A stretch of 59,529 nucleotides of DNA, filler included, from Candidatus Desantisbacteria bacterium CG1_02_49_89 (GCA_001871075.1; 6 parts of 6 records of this genome joined end to end with filler, not necessarily neighbours in it), one strand, 5' to 3'; shown: positions 10,002 to 19,656, numbered from the whole stretch's first letter. Notes: generated by a model from the letters alone, not told the origin. A program made the numbers and translations.

Positions 10002-11124
10002 CCCCAAGATCCTGCAGGGCGGCGTTTCTTTCGCGGATCTGCGCAGTGTGAAGCCCGAGGACCTGCTCGGGAGGGAAATGGTTGAGATCAACAGCGATGA
10101 CGCGAGGAATTTCCTGCAGAACAAGGTGATACTTGTCACGGGAGCGGGTGGTTCTATAGGTTCAGAGATATGCAGGCAGGTTTCGGGTTTCGGTCCCGCC
10201 CGCCTGATAATGCTTGACCATAATGAGAACGATGTTTATTTTATCGAAATTGACCTAAAAAGGAATTATCCCGTCCTGCAGTTCAGGACGGTTATAGGAG
10301 ATATAAAGGACCCGATGCAGCTGGAATCCGTCTTTTCCGAGCTTAAGCCGCAGGTGGTTTTTCACGCCGCCGCTCACAAGCACGTCCCGCTTCTGGAAGA
10401 AAATCCTTCAAGCGCTATCAAGAATAACGTCCTGGGCACCCTTAATCTTGTCCGCGCTTCGGAATTGCACGGGGTGGAGAGTTTTGTGCTGATCTCCACT
10501 GACAAAGCCGTAAATCCTACCAGCGTTATGGGCGCGTCAAAACGCATCGCCGAGATGATAGTCCAGGCAAAATCCAGGGGTAACCGCACTAAATTCATGG
10601 CAGTGCGTTTCGGCAACGTTATTGGTTCCAGCGGAAGCGTTGTCCAGCTTTTCAAGAAGCAGATAGAGGAAGGCGGGCCTGTAACGGTAACTGACCCGGA
10701 TGTAGTAAGGTATTTTATGACCGTGCGTGAGGCGTCCCAGCTTGTGATACAGGCGGGATCGATAGGCAGCGGGGGAGAGATCTTTATCCTGGACATGGGA
10801 GAACAGATGAGAATAGCAGATCTCGCAAGGAATCTGATAACCCTTTCGGGACTTGAGGTAGGCAAAGACATATCCATAAAATTTACGGGCCTAAGGCCAG
10901 GCGAGAAGAAATACGAAGAGCTTTTGCACGATAAAGAACGGGACAGAGCGACAAGGCACCAGAAGATCTTTATTACACAGCCTGAATCAATTGATTCAGA
11001 AAAGTTGTGGAAAGATATTGAGGAGTTTGAGCAGCTCTCGGGCAGGATGGATGATGCGGGGATCGTGAAGAAGATAAAAGAAATGATACCGATATATACG
11101 CCGGACAAGAAGTGGGGGTTGTAG
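10002..11124 (+). CDS. CapD/PglF-type nucleoside-diphosphate sugar epimerase/dehydratase (5' truncated)
   Basis: LVTGAGGSIGSE, HAAAHKHVP, ISTDKAVNP, VRFGNV, GLRPGEK; frame open from the contig start. Confidence 0.92.
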
Positions 11125-11219
11125 CGGTGCGACGTTCCGTCGCACATAAGGAGTAGAGCCTTTAGGCTCGTTAAATAACACGGGGCTAAAGCCCCTACTC
11201 CAAAATCCGACCGCTACAA
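11119..11219. repeat. Nested GTAG-type REP doublets (REPIN-like) between convergent genes
   Basis: Outer TTGTAGCGG...CCGCTACAA; inner GGAGTAGAGCCTTTAGGCTCGT...ACGGGGCTAAAGCCCCTACTCC (11150-11201). Confidence 0.75.
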
Positions 11220-11972
11220 ATGCCTTGCGGCAAATTGTACGGCATTCTTAAATATTTTTAAACCGCCTCCCTCCTCAGGTAGTTTCTCACGCTGCCAGTG
11301 AGGATGCTGGTATCTCGAAAGAAATCTTTCCGGGTGCGGCATCATACCGAAAACATTGCCTTCCTTGTTGCATATTCCCGCAATACCGTCCATTGAGCCG
11401 TTGGGATTCCATGGATAGCCCGCTTCCCTGCCTTTCCCGTCCACGTATTTAAAAACTATCCCGTCGTTTTTTTCTAATTCCTTTAGTGTTTTGGAATCGG
11501 TGACAAATTTTCCCTCGCCGTGAGCGATCGGAAGGTATATCCCTTTGATCCCGCGCGTGAATACGCATTTGTTCCTGTTTACGTTTTTTAAATATACCCA
11601 GCGGTCCTCAAATTTGCCGCTGTCATTAAATGTCAGAGTAGAGTGCGGCAGCAGGCCGGTTTTCACAAGTACCTGGAACCCGTTGCATATTCCGATGACA
11701 AGCTTTCCGCTCTGCACGAACTTCCTGATATCCTGGCGGAGCTTATAGATTAGTTCATTCGCGAGCACCTTTCCGGCTGCTATGTCATCCCCGTAAGAAA
11801 AACCGCCAGGCAGAGCAAGTATCTTGTACGGTTCCAGGTTTTTCCCGCCCTGTATGAGTTCGTTGATATGGACCAGGTCCACGTCAGCGCCCGCTGCCTG
11901 GAACGCAAAAACCGTTTCTCTGTCGCAGTTAGTCCCGGCAGTCCTTAACACGATCACCTTTGCTTTTTTCAT
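11214..11972 (-). CDS. purQ: Phosphoribosylformylglycinamidine synthase glutaminase subunit
   Basis: GTNCD, LPGGFSYGD, GICNGFQ, IAHGEG, MMPHPER. Confidence 0.96.
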   Translation of the reverse strand: MKKAKVIVLRTAGTNCDRETVFAFQAAGADVDLVHINELIQGGKNLEPYKILALPGGFSYGDDIAAGKVLANELIYKLRQDIRKFVQSGKLVIGICNGFQVLVKTGLLPHSTLTFNDSGKFEDRWVYLKNVNRNKCVFTRGIKGIYLPIAHGEGKFVTDSKTLKELEKNDGIVFKYVDGKGREAGYPWNPNGSMDGIAGICNKEGNVFGMMPHPERFLSRYQHPHWQREKLPEEGGGLKIFKNAVQFAARHL

Positions 11973-11986
11973 AATTCCATATTCCT

Positions 11987-12056
11987 GTCATTGCGAACCC
12001 GAAGGGTGAGGCAATCCCGTATTAGATTGCTTCGTCGTTTCACTCCTCGCAATGAC
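11987..12056. repeat. GTCATTGCGA...CTCGCAATGAC palindromic REP-like element
   Basis: Terminal inverted repeat GTCATTGCGA/TCGCAATGAC with internal GCAATC/GATTGC; same core as inside both MITE families. Confidence 0.85.
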
Positions 12057-12059
12057 CTG

Positions 12060-14594
12060 CTACCAGCGTAAAGTTTTCTGCCAGGCTTCCTTTAATTCAT
12101 AGATATCCGCGTTTATAATAAGCTTGCCGTTTAACCCGTAAACCTTGAAGCGTTTATCTTTTTTGACCTTTCCGATTACCGAATAAATCCCCCCGTTCCC
12201 CCCTTTAGAAAGGGGGGTTAGAGGGGATTTATTACCATTCATTATTTTCTCGAATTTTCTGCGGTTTTTCGGCTTTACTTCCGCCAGGAACCTTGAATTT
12301 GATTCTGAAAACAGTATCATATCGTTTCTTAAACTTTGACACGTTGCCTGCCCGCCAACGCTTGCTGGGCGGGACACGTTGACACGTTGACACTGTATTT
12401 CTGCTCCTAATCCTCCCGCAAAGGCCATTTCCGCGGCCGCAACAGCGAGTCCGCCTTCCGAGCAGTCGTGGCAGGAACGCACAATGCCTTCCCGGATCGC
12501 CTTCTGCAGTTTTTTCATCATTACTGCGGCTTTTCCCGGATTGACCTTAGGGACCATCCCCCCGTTTAATCCATTTACGGAATAGTAAATGGAGCCGCCC
12601 AGTTCATCATATGTCTCGCCAAGAAGGTATATCAGGTTACCCGGGGATTTCAGGTCCATTGAAACTACTTTCCCTATGTCCGGGATCACGGAAATGGCGG
12701 ATATGAGCAGGGTGGGCGGTATAGAGATCTTTTTTCCCGAATCCTGATCAAAGTATTCATTATTCAGGCTGTCCTTGCCGGATATGAAAGGCGTTCCGTA
12801 TGCTTTTGCCATGTCATAACATGCCTGCGACGCCCTTACAAGCCCTGCAAGCTGCCCGGGTTTTTCAGGGCTTCCCCAGCAGAAATTATCAAGCAGCGCG
12901 CATTTTTCCAGGCTGCCTCCCGCGCAGATATTGTTCCTGAGGGCTTCATCGATCGCGGACGCAGCCATCCAGTAGGGGTCCAGCTTTCCGTAACTTGGGT
13001 TTATCCCGTTTGATATCACGATCCCGCGGTTAGATCTGAAAAGCGGTTTAATAACGCATGCATCCCCGGGCCCGTCATTTTCTTTACCCTGAAGCGGTTT
13101 GAGCACCGTTCCTGCCTGGACTTCGTGGTCATACTGCCTTATGATCCATTCCTTGCTGGCAACAGTAGGGTGGGAGAGTATCTTTTTAAGTATTTGTTCC
13201 GGGTTCTCCGCTCCGACGCCACGTCGGAGCGAGACCTCGCCCCGACAGAGTCGGGGCGGGCGGGTTTCGGGCGCGTCCCAGACTGCTTTTCTCCTGAATC
13301 TCGGCACTCCGTCGTGCAGGAAGTCCATTTCCAGCTCGCAGACCTTCTCGCCTTTATAGAGCAGGACCAATTTTTTATCGTTTGTGAATTCACCCAGGAC
13401 CGTCGCTTCCACGTTCTCGGCTTTGAATACCGCCATTATTTCATCAAGTTTATGCGGCGGGACAGCGAGCACCATCCTTTCCTGCGCTTCAGAAACCCAG
13501 ATCTCCCAGGGGGTAAGCCCCGCGTATTTGAGAGGCGCTCTTTCAAGATAAACGCGGGCGCCTATATCTTTTCCCATTTCACCCACGGCTGACGAAAATC
13601 CTCCAGCGCCGCAGTCCGTGATCGCGTTATAAAGGTTTTTATCCCTTGCCTGAAGTATGACGTCTGTCGCTTTCTTCTCAACTATAGGATTTCCGATCTG
13701 CACTGCGCTTACCTCGGTGTCCTTGGCAAGCTCAACCGATGAAAATGTCGCGCCGTGTATCCCGTCCCTGCCTGTCCTGCCGCCTACCGCGACGATCAGG
13801 TCGCCGGGTTTCGTTTCCTTGAAACACTTGTCTTTTGGCATTATGCCCACGGTCCCGCAATAGACAAGGGGATTGCACACGAACCCGTTGTCAAAGATCA
13901 CCGCGCCGTTGGCAGTGGGAATTCCCATCCTGTTCCCGTAGTCCCTGACCCCGGCTACAACGCCCTTGCAGATCCTTTTCGGGTGCAGCACTCCCCCGGG
14001 CAGTTTTTCATGGGGGAGATCAGGAAAGCCGAAGCAAAAGATGTCGGTGTTCATAATGGGTTTTGCGCCCAGCCCCACGCCCAGTATATCCCGTATAACC
14101 CCTCCGATACCTGTTCCTGCTCCTCCGTACGGCTCAAGCGCGCTGGGGTGGTTATGCGTTTCTATCTTGAACGCGACCGCGTTGTCCCTGTCAAATTCTA
14201 TGATCCCGGCGTTGTCCTTAAAAACAGATATGCACCATTTTTTATCCAGTTCCTTAGTTGCCTTCATCACTGTCTGTTTCAGCAGATTGTCTATTATCGT
14301 CGTACGTCGTAAGTCGTTCGTCGTACGTCGTTTTTCGGTGGACCGTGGGCCGTGGACTGTGGACTGCTCCTGATATTCAATAATGCCGCGGAACGTCTTA
14401 TGCACGCAGTGCTCGCTCCAGGTCTGTGCAAGGGTTTCGAGCTCAACGTCAGTAGGGTTCCTTGCTGCTTTGCGGAAGTAGTCCATTATCGCATGCATTT
14501 CTTCAAGGTTCAGGGACAGGATGCCTTCCTTGCTTATCCGCGTCAACTCGGTGTCATCCGCGCCCAGTATGTCGATAATCTTAACGTTTTCCAT
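12060..14594 (-). CDS. purL: Phosphoribosylformylglycinamidine synthase subunit PurL (four in-frame repeat inserts)
   Basis: QTWSEHC, KIETHNHPS, TDCGAGG, SEAQERM, ISGKDS, CHDCSEGGL, FSES. Confidence 0.96.
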   Translation of the reverse strand: MENVKIIDILGADDTELTRISKEGILSLNLEEMHAIMDYFRKAARNPTDVELETLAQTWSEHCVHKTFRGIIEYQEQSTVHGPRSTEKRRTTNDLRRTTIIDNLLKQTVMKATKELDKKWCISVFKDNAGIIEFDRDNAVAFKIETHNHPSALEPYGGAGTGIGGVIRDILGVGLGAKPIMNTDIFCFGFPDLPHEKLPGGVLHPKRICKGVVAGVRDYGNRMGIPTANGAVIFDNGFVCNPLVYCGTVGIMPKDKCFKETKPGDLIVAVGGRTGRDGIHGATFSSVELAKDTEVSAVQIGNPIVEKKATDVILQARDKNLYNAITDCGAGGFSSAVGEMGKDIGARVYLERAPLKYAGLTPWEIWVSEAQERMVLAVPPHKLDEIMAVFKAENVEATVLGEFTNDKKLVLLYKGEKVCELEMDFLHDGVPRFRRKAVWDAPETRPPRLCRGEVSLRRGVGAENPEQILKKILSHPTVASKEWIIRQYDHEVQAGTVLKPLQGKENDGPGDACVIKPLFRSNRGIVISNGINPSYGKLDPYWMAASAIDEALRNNICAGGSLEKCALLDNFCWGSPEKPGQLAGLVRASQACYDMAKAYGTPFISGKDSLNNEYFDQDSGKKISIPPTLLISAISVIPDIGKVVSMDLKSPGNLIYLLGETYDELGGSIYYSVNGLNGGMVPKVNPGKAAVMMKKLQKAIREGIVRSCHDCSEGGLAVAAAEMAFAGGLGAEIQCQRVNVSRPASVGGQATCQSLRNDMILFSESNSRFLAEVKPKNRRKFEKIMNGNKSPLTPLSKGGNGGIYSVIGKVKKDKRFKVYGLNGKLIINADIYELKEAWQKTLRW

Positions 14595-14674
14595 TTTAAT
14601 TATGAATTATGAGTTATGAATTATGAATCAACGGCAAGGAATGAATTTTATGTTTCAACTTTGACACTCTGACA

Positions 14675-14729
14675 TCCGCCCCGATCAATATCGGGGCAAG
14701 ACCTCGCCCTGCCTTTGCGCAGGGCGGGC
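14675..14729. repeat. Double-hairpin micro-element
   Basis: TCCGCCCCGAT-CAAT-ATCGGGGC AAGACCT CGCCCTGC-CTTTGC-GCAGGGCG GGC. Confidence 0.8.
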
Positions 14730-14732
14730 TGG

Positions 14733-15224
14733 TCACTGTATCTTGTACTCCTGCACGACTTTGTTCGCGAGCAACCCGCGGCATATCCTTTCCACTTGTT
14801 CGGACGAAAGACCGCCCGAGATCTCGTATTTGAAGCCGGTTTTTACCGTATCTATGCCTTTTATGCCAAGGTCAACAGCTCCTTTTATAACAGTGTCCGC
14901 TACGGCATCTGTCACGCCTTTCTTATACCATACCTCTATTATCCAGCGTGTAGTGGATCCTTCGGTTTTGGAATTTGCCGACGCACGATGAACGATGAAC
15001 GATGAACGATTAATTCTGAACTGCTGGGTTATTTTATCCGCGAGCAGCTCCCCGCAGAGCAGTTTGAGTTCCGGTTCGCCGATGTTCCCTTCAATGCTGT
15101 AAAGCTGGGCGGTCCTGACCTTTTTAACGCCGGAAATGCCCAGGTCTTCGATGTCTTTTTGCACCGCGTGAGCCTGGGCGTTAAAAAATCCGGGTTTGTA
15201 GCATATTTCAACCATCCATTCCAT
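14733..15224 (-). CDS. purS: PurS-like protein with two fused PurS repeats
   Basis: Two homologous halves (VEICYKPG...LLADKITQQF and IEVWYKKG...LLANKVVQEY), directly upstream of purL. Confidence 0.8.
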   Translation of the reverse strand: MEWMVEICYKPGFFNAQAHAVQKDIEDLGISGVKKVRTAQLYSIEGNIGEPELKLLCGELLADKITQQFRINRSSFIVHRASANSKTEGSTTRWIIEVWYKKGVTDAVADTVIKGAVDLGIKGIDTVKTGFKYEISGGLSSEQVERICRGLLANKVVQEYKIQ

Positions 15225-15303
15225 CTTTTCCTCAAAGAATGATTACGGTGATTTTTTTAAAACTGATTACAGTGATATTAAAATAATCACTGTAATCATA
15301 TTT

Positions 15304-16092
15304 CTATAATTTATCTTCACGGAAGGCAGAAAGGTAGTTCGCGCAGTATTGGTCTTGCCCGAGGAGGGTTTCTGCCGCGAAAACAGCGGCCATCATGTCT
15401 TTGTCAGTGGGGTCTATGAGGGCGGCGTCCATGCCTGCGGCAAGGACCATGGTCAGGAATGTGCGGTTAATAAGCTTGCGGTTGGGAAGCCCGAAAGAGA
15501 TATTGCTCAGTCCCATGATGATCTTTACATGGAAGTTTTCCTTTATTTTCCTGATCGATTCCACGACTGTAAGGGCGTTTTTCTCGTTTGTGCTTATGGG
15601 GTGCACAAGGGGATCTATATAAAGGTTTTCCAGGGGTATTCCGGCAGCATCTACTTTGTCGATAATTTCCTTGCATATATTAATTCTATCTTCAACAGTT
15701 TCAGGCATTTCTTTCTCACCCATTGCTAAGGCTACAACCAGGGAATCGTATTTCTTTACAAGCGGCAGTATGTTGTTTAATCTCTTGGTTTCCAGGGTTA
15801 TTGAATTGACTAAAGCCTTGCCTTTATGCGCGGCAAGCCCGGCTTCAATAACTTCATGGCTCGGGCTGTCAATGCACAGGGGAACATCAATGGTTTCCTG
15901 CACGGTTTTGACCAGCCATACCATATCTTCTTTTTCTGTGTTGACGCGCACGCCTGCGTTGACGTCCAAAATTTGCGCGCCGGATTCCACCTGTTTTTTC
16001 GCCTCATCCTTTATGAACGGGGCGTTTCTTTCCTGTATTGCTTCTAGTATCGTTTTCCTGCTCGCGTTGATCCTTTCCCCGACAATAAGCAC
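15304..16092 (-). CDS. Methyltetrahydrofolate:corrinoid methyltransferase (AcsE-like pterin-binding)
   Basis: IVGERINASRK, ILDVNAG, PLCIDSP, LVNSI, YIDPLV, GLSNISFGLPNR. Confidence 0.85.
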   Translation of the reverse strand: MLIVGERINASRKTILEAIQERNAPFIKDEAKKQVESGAQILDVNAGVRVNTEKEDMVWLVKTVQETIDVPLCIDSPSHEVIEAGLAAHKGKALVNSITLETKRLNNILPLVKKYDSLVVALAMGEKEMPETVEDRINICKEIIDKVDAAGIPLENLYIDPLVHPISTNEKNALTVVESIRKIKENFHVKIIMGLSNISFGLPNRKLINRTFLTMVLAAGMDAALIDPTDKDMMAAVFAAETLLGQDQYCANYLSAFREDKL

Positions 16093-16119
16093 AAACCCTC
16101 CATTTTACCACTAAGGCAC

Positions 16120-16173
16120 TCCGCCCCGATGGACATCGGGGCGAGACTTCGCCCACCTGTAAGGATGGGCGAG
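16120..16173. repeat. Double-hairpin micro-element
   Basis: TCCGCCCCGATGGACATCGGGGCGAGACTTCGCCCACCT...GGATGGGCGAG; closely related to 46287-46338. Confidence 0.8.
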
Positions 16174-16368
16174 GAAATCACAAAAATATCTTTACAGGGA
16201 TTCAATGGGATTTAAACTACTATATTTTGCCTCTTGAATCTCTCTAAATCCCTGTGAAAAATCTTAAACAGGGACCTTGCGGGAATTTAAACTGCTGATA
16301 TCTTTTAAGCTTTTTAAGTTCTCTCCCCTAAAAGGGCCTACTTTTGGTAAGTTCCCTGTAAAATTGTT

Positions 16369-17655
16369 TTACTTTTTTTCCCACTTGAGCAGTTCCATCA
16401 CGCCGGACAGGGTACCGCCCTCCCTGATCTCTTTCCTGATGCGGTTTTCTTTTTCAAGCACATCCATAGCCCGGTTCGCTATTTCCACTGCTTTGGACTG
16501 GGGAATGGCAACAACCCCGTCGTCATCCCCGACGATCCAGTCGCCGGGATGGATCCTTAAGCTTCCCGCGGTTACCGGGACATTGATCTCGCCGAATCCT
16601 TTCGGCTCGCCGGCAGCAGGGGACGTAAGTTTTGAGAAAGCAGGGAACTTTAACCTGGCGATCTCGGGAGTGTCCCTGATCGCCCCATCGATCACAACCC
16701 CGGCTATTTTCTTTTTTATGGCGCTTTCGGTCGCAAGTTCGCCCCAGACAGCCGGTCCTGTCCCTCCGCTGTCTATGACTATGACATCGCCTTTTCCAGC
16801 CCTGTCTATTGCCTCCACTGGTTTTGCCCAGTCGCCGGGATAGGTGCGCACTGTCACGGCTTGCCCGATGAGCTTCAGGCCTTTTACGACAGGGCTCATC
16901 TCTTTCAGGTCGCCGGTCCTGTGCATCGCGTCAGAAATGTTTGGGGTTGAGACAAGCTGCAGGATCTTTCTTATGTCTTTGAGGGAAACTCTTTTATAGA
17001 GGGTGGTTTTTATGGATTTCATTTTTGAGATCGCTTTTTTGATCCTGCCCGCGGCTTTTTCTGCGTCAGCCGATTTAGTTATCGCGCCCCCGACAATTAT
17101 TATGTCAGCGCCGGCCTTTATCGCTTTTGCCGCGTTTTCCGAATTAATGCCGCCGGCAACCGCAAGGGGCAGGCTGACGGCTTTGCGAACTTTTTTTACG
17201 ATGGCGAACGGTTCGGAGCCCAGCATCTGCGCGTCTATGGGAACATGGATGCCAATGTAATTGGCTCCGAGTTTCTCTATCCTTGCGGCTCTCCCGGCGG
17301 GGTCCTTGATCTCTATCAGGTCCACAAAGATCTCCGCGCCGTAATTTTTTCCCGCCTCAACGCATTCCCTGATAGTGGCGTCTGACGCGTTGCCCAGGAC
17401 CGCCACGATATCGGCGCCTGCCTTCGCGGCCATTTCTACTTCGGTCCTGCCGGCATCCATTGTTTTCATGTCTGCCACGATCTTGTGCCCGGGGAACCGT
17501 TTCCTGAGTTCCCTTACAGCATTCAGCCCCTCGGCTTTTATAAGCGGGGTGCCTGCTTCGATCCAGTCCGCCCCTCCGGCCGCGGATTCATCAGCGGCTT
17601 TCAGAGCCCTGCGCAGATCCACGAAATCGAGCGCCACCTGCAGTATTTTTTTCAC
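16369..17655 (-). CDS. 3-hexulose-6-phosphate synthase fused to an RraA/HMG-aldolase-like domain
   Basis: LQVALD, IEAGTPLIK, VADMKTMDAG, AVAGGI; C-terminal STPNISDAMHR, AVWGELAT, DGAIRD, GDDDGV. Probable GTG start at 17655 after AAAGGA. Confidence 0.9.
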   Translation of the reverse strand: MKKILQVALDFVDLRRALKAADESAAGGADWIEAGTPLIKAEGLNAVRELRKRFPGHKIVADMKTMDAGRTEVEMAAKAGADIVAVLGNASDATIRECVEAGKNYGAEIFVDLIEIKDPAGRAARIEKLGANYIGIHVPIDAQMLGSEPFAIVKKVRKAVSLPLAVAGGINSENAAKAIKAGADIIIVGGAITKSADAEKAAGRIKKAISKMKSIKTTLYKRVSLKDIRKILQLVSTPNISDAMHRTGDLKEMSPVVKGLKLIGQAVTVRTYPGDWAKPVEAIDRAGKGDVIVIDSGGTGPAVWGELATESAIKKKIAGVVIDGAIRDTPEIARLKFPAFSKLTSPAAGEPKGFGEINVPVTAGSLRIHPGDWIVGDDDGVVAIPQSKAVEIANRAMDVLEKENRIRKEIREGGTLSGVMELLKWEKK

Positions 17656-17779
17656 GTTTCCTTTTATATATGTCGTACGTCGTGCGTCTTGCGTCATGCG
17701 TATAAATCTTCAAAACGTATGACTTACGACATACGACGGTATTTACATTCGACGCACGACTTACGACGTTCGACGGCGG

Positions 17780-19513
17780 TTATTGTTTGTAGATTATAAG
17801 CTCGACACGGCGGTTCTGGGACCTGCCTGATTTGGATGTATTCGGCGCGATAGGATTGTCGGGTCCGTAACCGTTGGAGAATACCTTATCCTCAGGCACG
17901 CCTTTGGAGATCATATATTCTTTCACAGCTCCCGCGACCGCTTCGGAAATAGAGACATTTGCTTTTTTACTGCCGGTAATATCCGTGTATCCGTTTATGT
18001 TCAGGGAATGCCCCTGGTGCTTGATAAGCGCGTTTGCGATTGTATCAAGCGCTTTATACGTAGCGCTTGCCATCGTGCGCCCCTTGAAGTATGTGTCCCT
18101 GCCGAACCGTATCAAAAGTCCTTCCTGGGTATCCTTCATGTAGATCCCTTTTGCCAGGTTTTTCCCGATATCCATTTTCAGGTCCGGGTCCACGTTGGCA
18201 TAGGCTTTTATCTGTTTGAGTTTTTCCTCAAGCTGCGCGGCTTTTTCCTGTTCTGACAGCATACCGAGTTCGCCTTTCTTTATCTGCGCCTGCAGGATCT
18301 CCAGCTCGCTCCTTGTTTTCAAAAGTTCGGCTCTCAGCGCCACTGAGTCCGCGTTGACCTTTGCAAGGTCAAGTTTTGCGATGTCAAGTTCATGCGTCAT
18401 AGTGACGGAATCGGCCCTCAGTTGCTTGTTTTCCGCGTCCAGGACCTGCACGAGTTTATCCTTTGACATTTTTTCCCTTTCCACGGATTGCAGTTGTTCT
18501 TTTTTCCTGGCAAGGGTTTCACTGAAAGACGCGAGCTTCAGAAGTTCTTCGGCCTTTCTGGTTTTTGCCTCAGCTTCGACTTTTTCCTTTTCTTCCGCCG
18601 CTATCTCGGCTTTTGTCTTTCCCCACATGAAGGAGAGGGCTATGTTGTGGTTTTCCGTGACGCTTCCTTCCAGGGGTATTGTATACGCGTAATCAAGCAC
18701 AAAATACTGCAGTTTTATTGAAAATCCGAGGCTGCAGGTTTGGTTGTTTGGTACCGAAGACCAGAATACATTGAGCGGTAATATTGAGTAGCCAACCCTC
18801 AGGCCAAACCGTTCCTCGGCAAGCCATCCTTCAATTCCGGTGCGTATCTGGGGCAGGAACATGCCTGCCTGAAAGGCGCTGAGGTCTATCAGGTCAACCT
18901 GGGCGCCGATCATAACCGTGCTGAATGGCCCTATGCCGACGCCGATCCTGTATAACGGGTTAGATTTCATTTTGCCAACGCTTGACACAAGGTCCTGGGC
19001 TGTAAATCCGAGGCGGAAATACTGCGTTCTCAGCAGAGCGCCAAGGTCGCAGCCGTAACCTACGGATTCTCCGTTGTTCTGGCTTAATCCCTTAAGGTTG
19101 AACCCTACGGAAAATATATCGCCCAGGGGCACCGCCTGCGTGAATATGAATAGGTCTGTGGTTCCTTTTCCGTCTATTCCGTCCCAGCTTAAACCTGATG
19201 CGGAACGGATAACGGTCAGGGCGCCCAGGGGATGGCTGTAAGTAACATATCCCCCCCAGTAACTGAGACCGGAGCTGTGAGATGCGGATATGCCGTATCT
19301 TTCAAAAAATCCGTATCCGGCGGGGTTCCAGTAGAATGCGGATGCGTCATCTGCTATTCCGGTGAAAGCTCCGGAAAAACCTTGTGCCCTGGGACCTACA
19401 TCAATAATGTTCATGGGCAACGTGAATGAGTCTGCGGCAAGCGATGCTGTAGATAGCAGAAGGATAAAAGCGAAGAGCAGTAACAACTTAGGTCCTGCAT
19501 TTGCTCTTTTCAT
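17780..19513 (-). CDS. PorV-like beta-barrel + coiled coil + OmpA-like C-terminal domain fusion
   Basis: GPRAQGFSGAFTGIADDASAFYWNPAG; long E/K/L heptad region; GYTDITGS...GYGPDNPIAPN...NRRVEL. Confidence 0.82.
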   Translation of the reverse strand: MKRANAGPKLLLLFAFILLLSTASLAADSFTLPMNIIDVGPRAQGFSGAFTGIADDASAFYWNPAGYGFFERYGISASHSSGLSYWGGYVTYSHPLGALTVIRSASGLSWDGIDGKGTTDLFIFTQAVPLGDIFSVGFNLKGLSQNNGESVGYGCDLGALLRTQYFRLGFTAQDLVSSVGKMKSNPLYRIGVGIGPFSTVMIGAQVDLIDLSAFQAGMFLPQIRTGIEGWLAEERFGLRVGYSILPLNVFWSSVPNNQTCSLGFSIKLQYFVLDYAYTIPLEGSVTENHNIALSFMWGKTKAEIAAEEKEKVEAEAKTRKAEELLKLASFSETLARKKEQLQSVEREKMSKDKLVQVLDAENKQLRADSVTMTHELDIAKLDLAKVNADSVALRAELLKTRSELEILQAQIKKGELGMLSEQEKAAQLEEKLKQIKAYANVDPDLKMDIGKNLAKGIYMKDTQEGLLIRFGRDTYFKGRTMASATYKALDTIANALIKHQGHSLNINGYTDITGSKKANVSISEAVAGAVKEYMISKGVPEDKVFSNGYGPDNPIAPNTSKSGRSQNRRVELIIYKQ

Positions 19514-19556
19514 CTTGTGCCTCCTGGAAAATTTGTATCAAGGCTAAAGCCTTGAG

Positions 19557-19656
19557 NNNNNNNNNNNNNNNNNNNNNNNNNNNNNNNNNNNNNNNNNNNN
19601 TTAATTAATTAANNNNNNNNNNNNNNNNNNNNNNNNNNNNNNNNNNNNNNNNNNNN
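19557..19656. other. Artificial contig spacer
   Basis: N run containing TTAATTAATTAA. Confidence 0.99.

Noticed and set aside
15225-16368. Purine, ZTP or THF riboswitch upstream of purS or the AcsE-like gene
   Set aside because: The intergenic DNA is accounted for by dispersed repeats, and no aptamer consensus was recognised.
17656-17697. N-terminal extension MTQDARRTT on HPS (and similar extensions on bioY, DsbD_2, the spermidine-synthase-like gene and marR)
   Set aside because: Derived from upstream repeat or promoter DNA. Better-supported starts lie downstream, so these were not counted as in-frame inserts.
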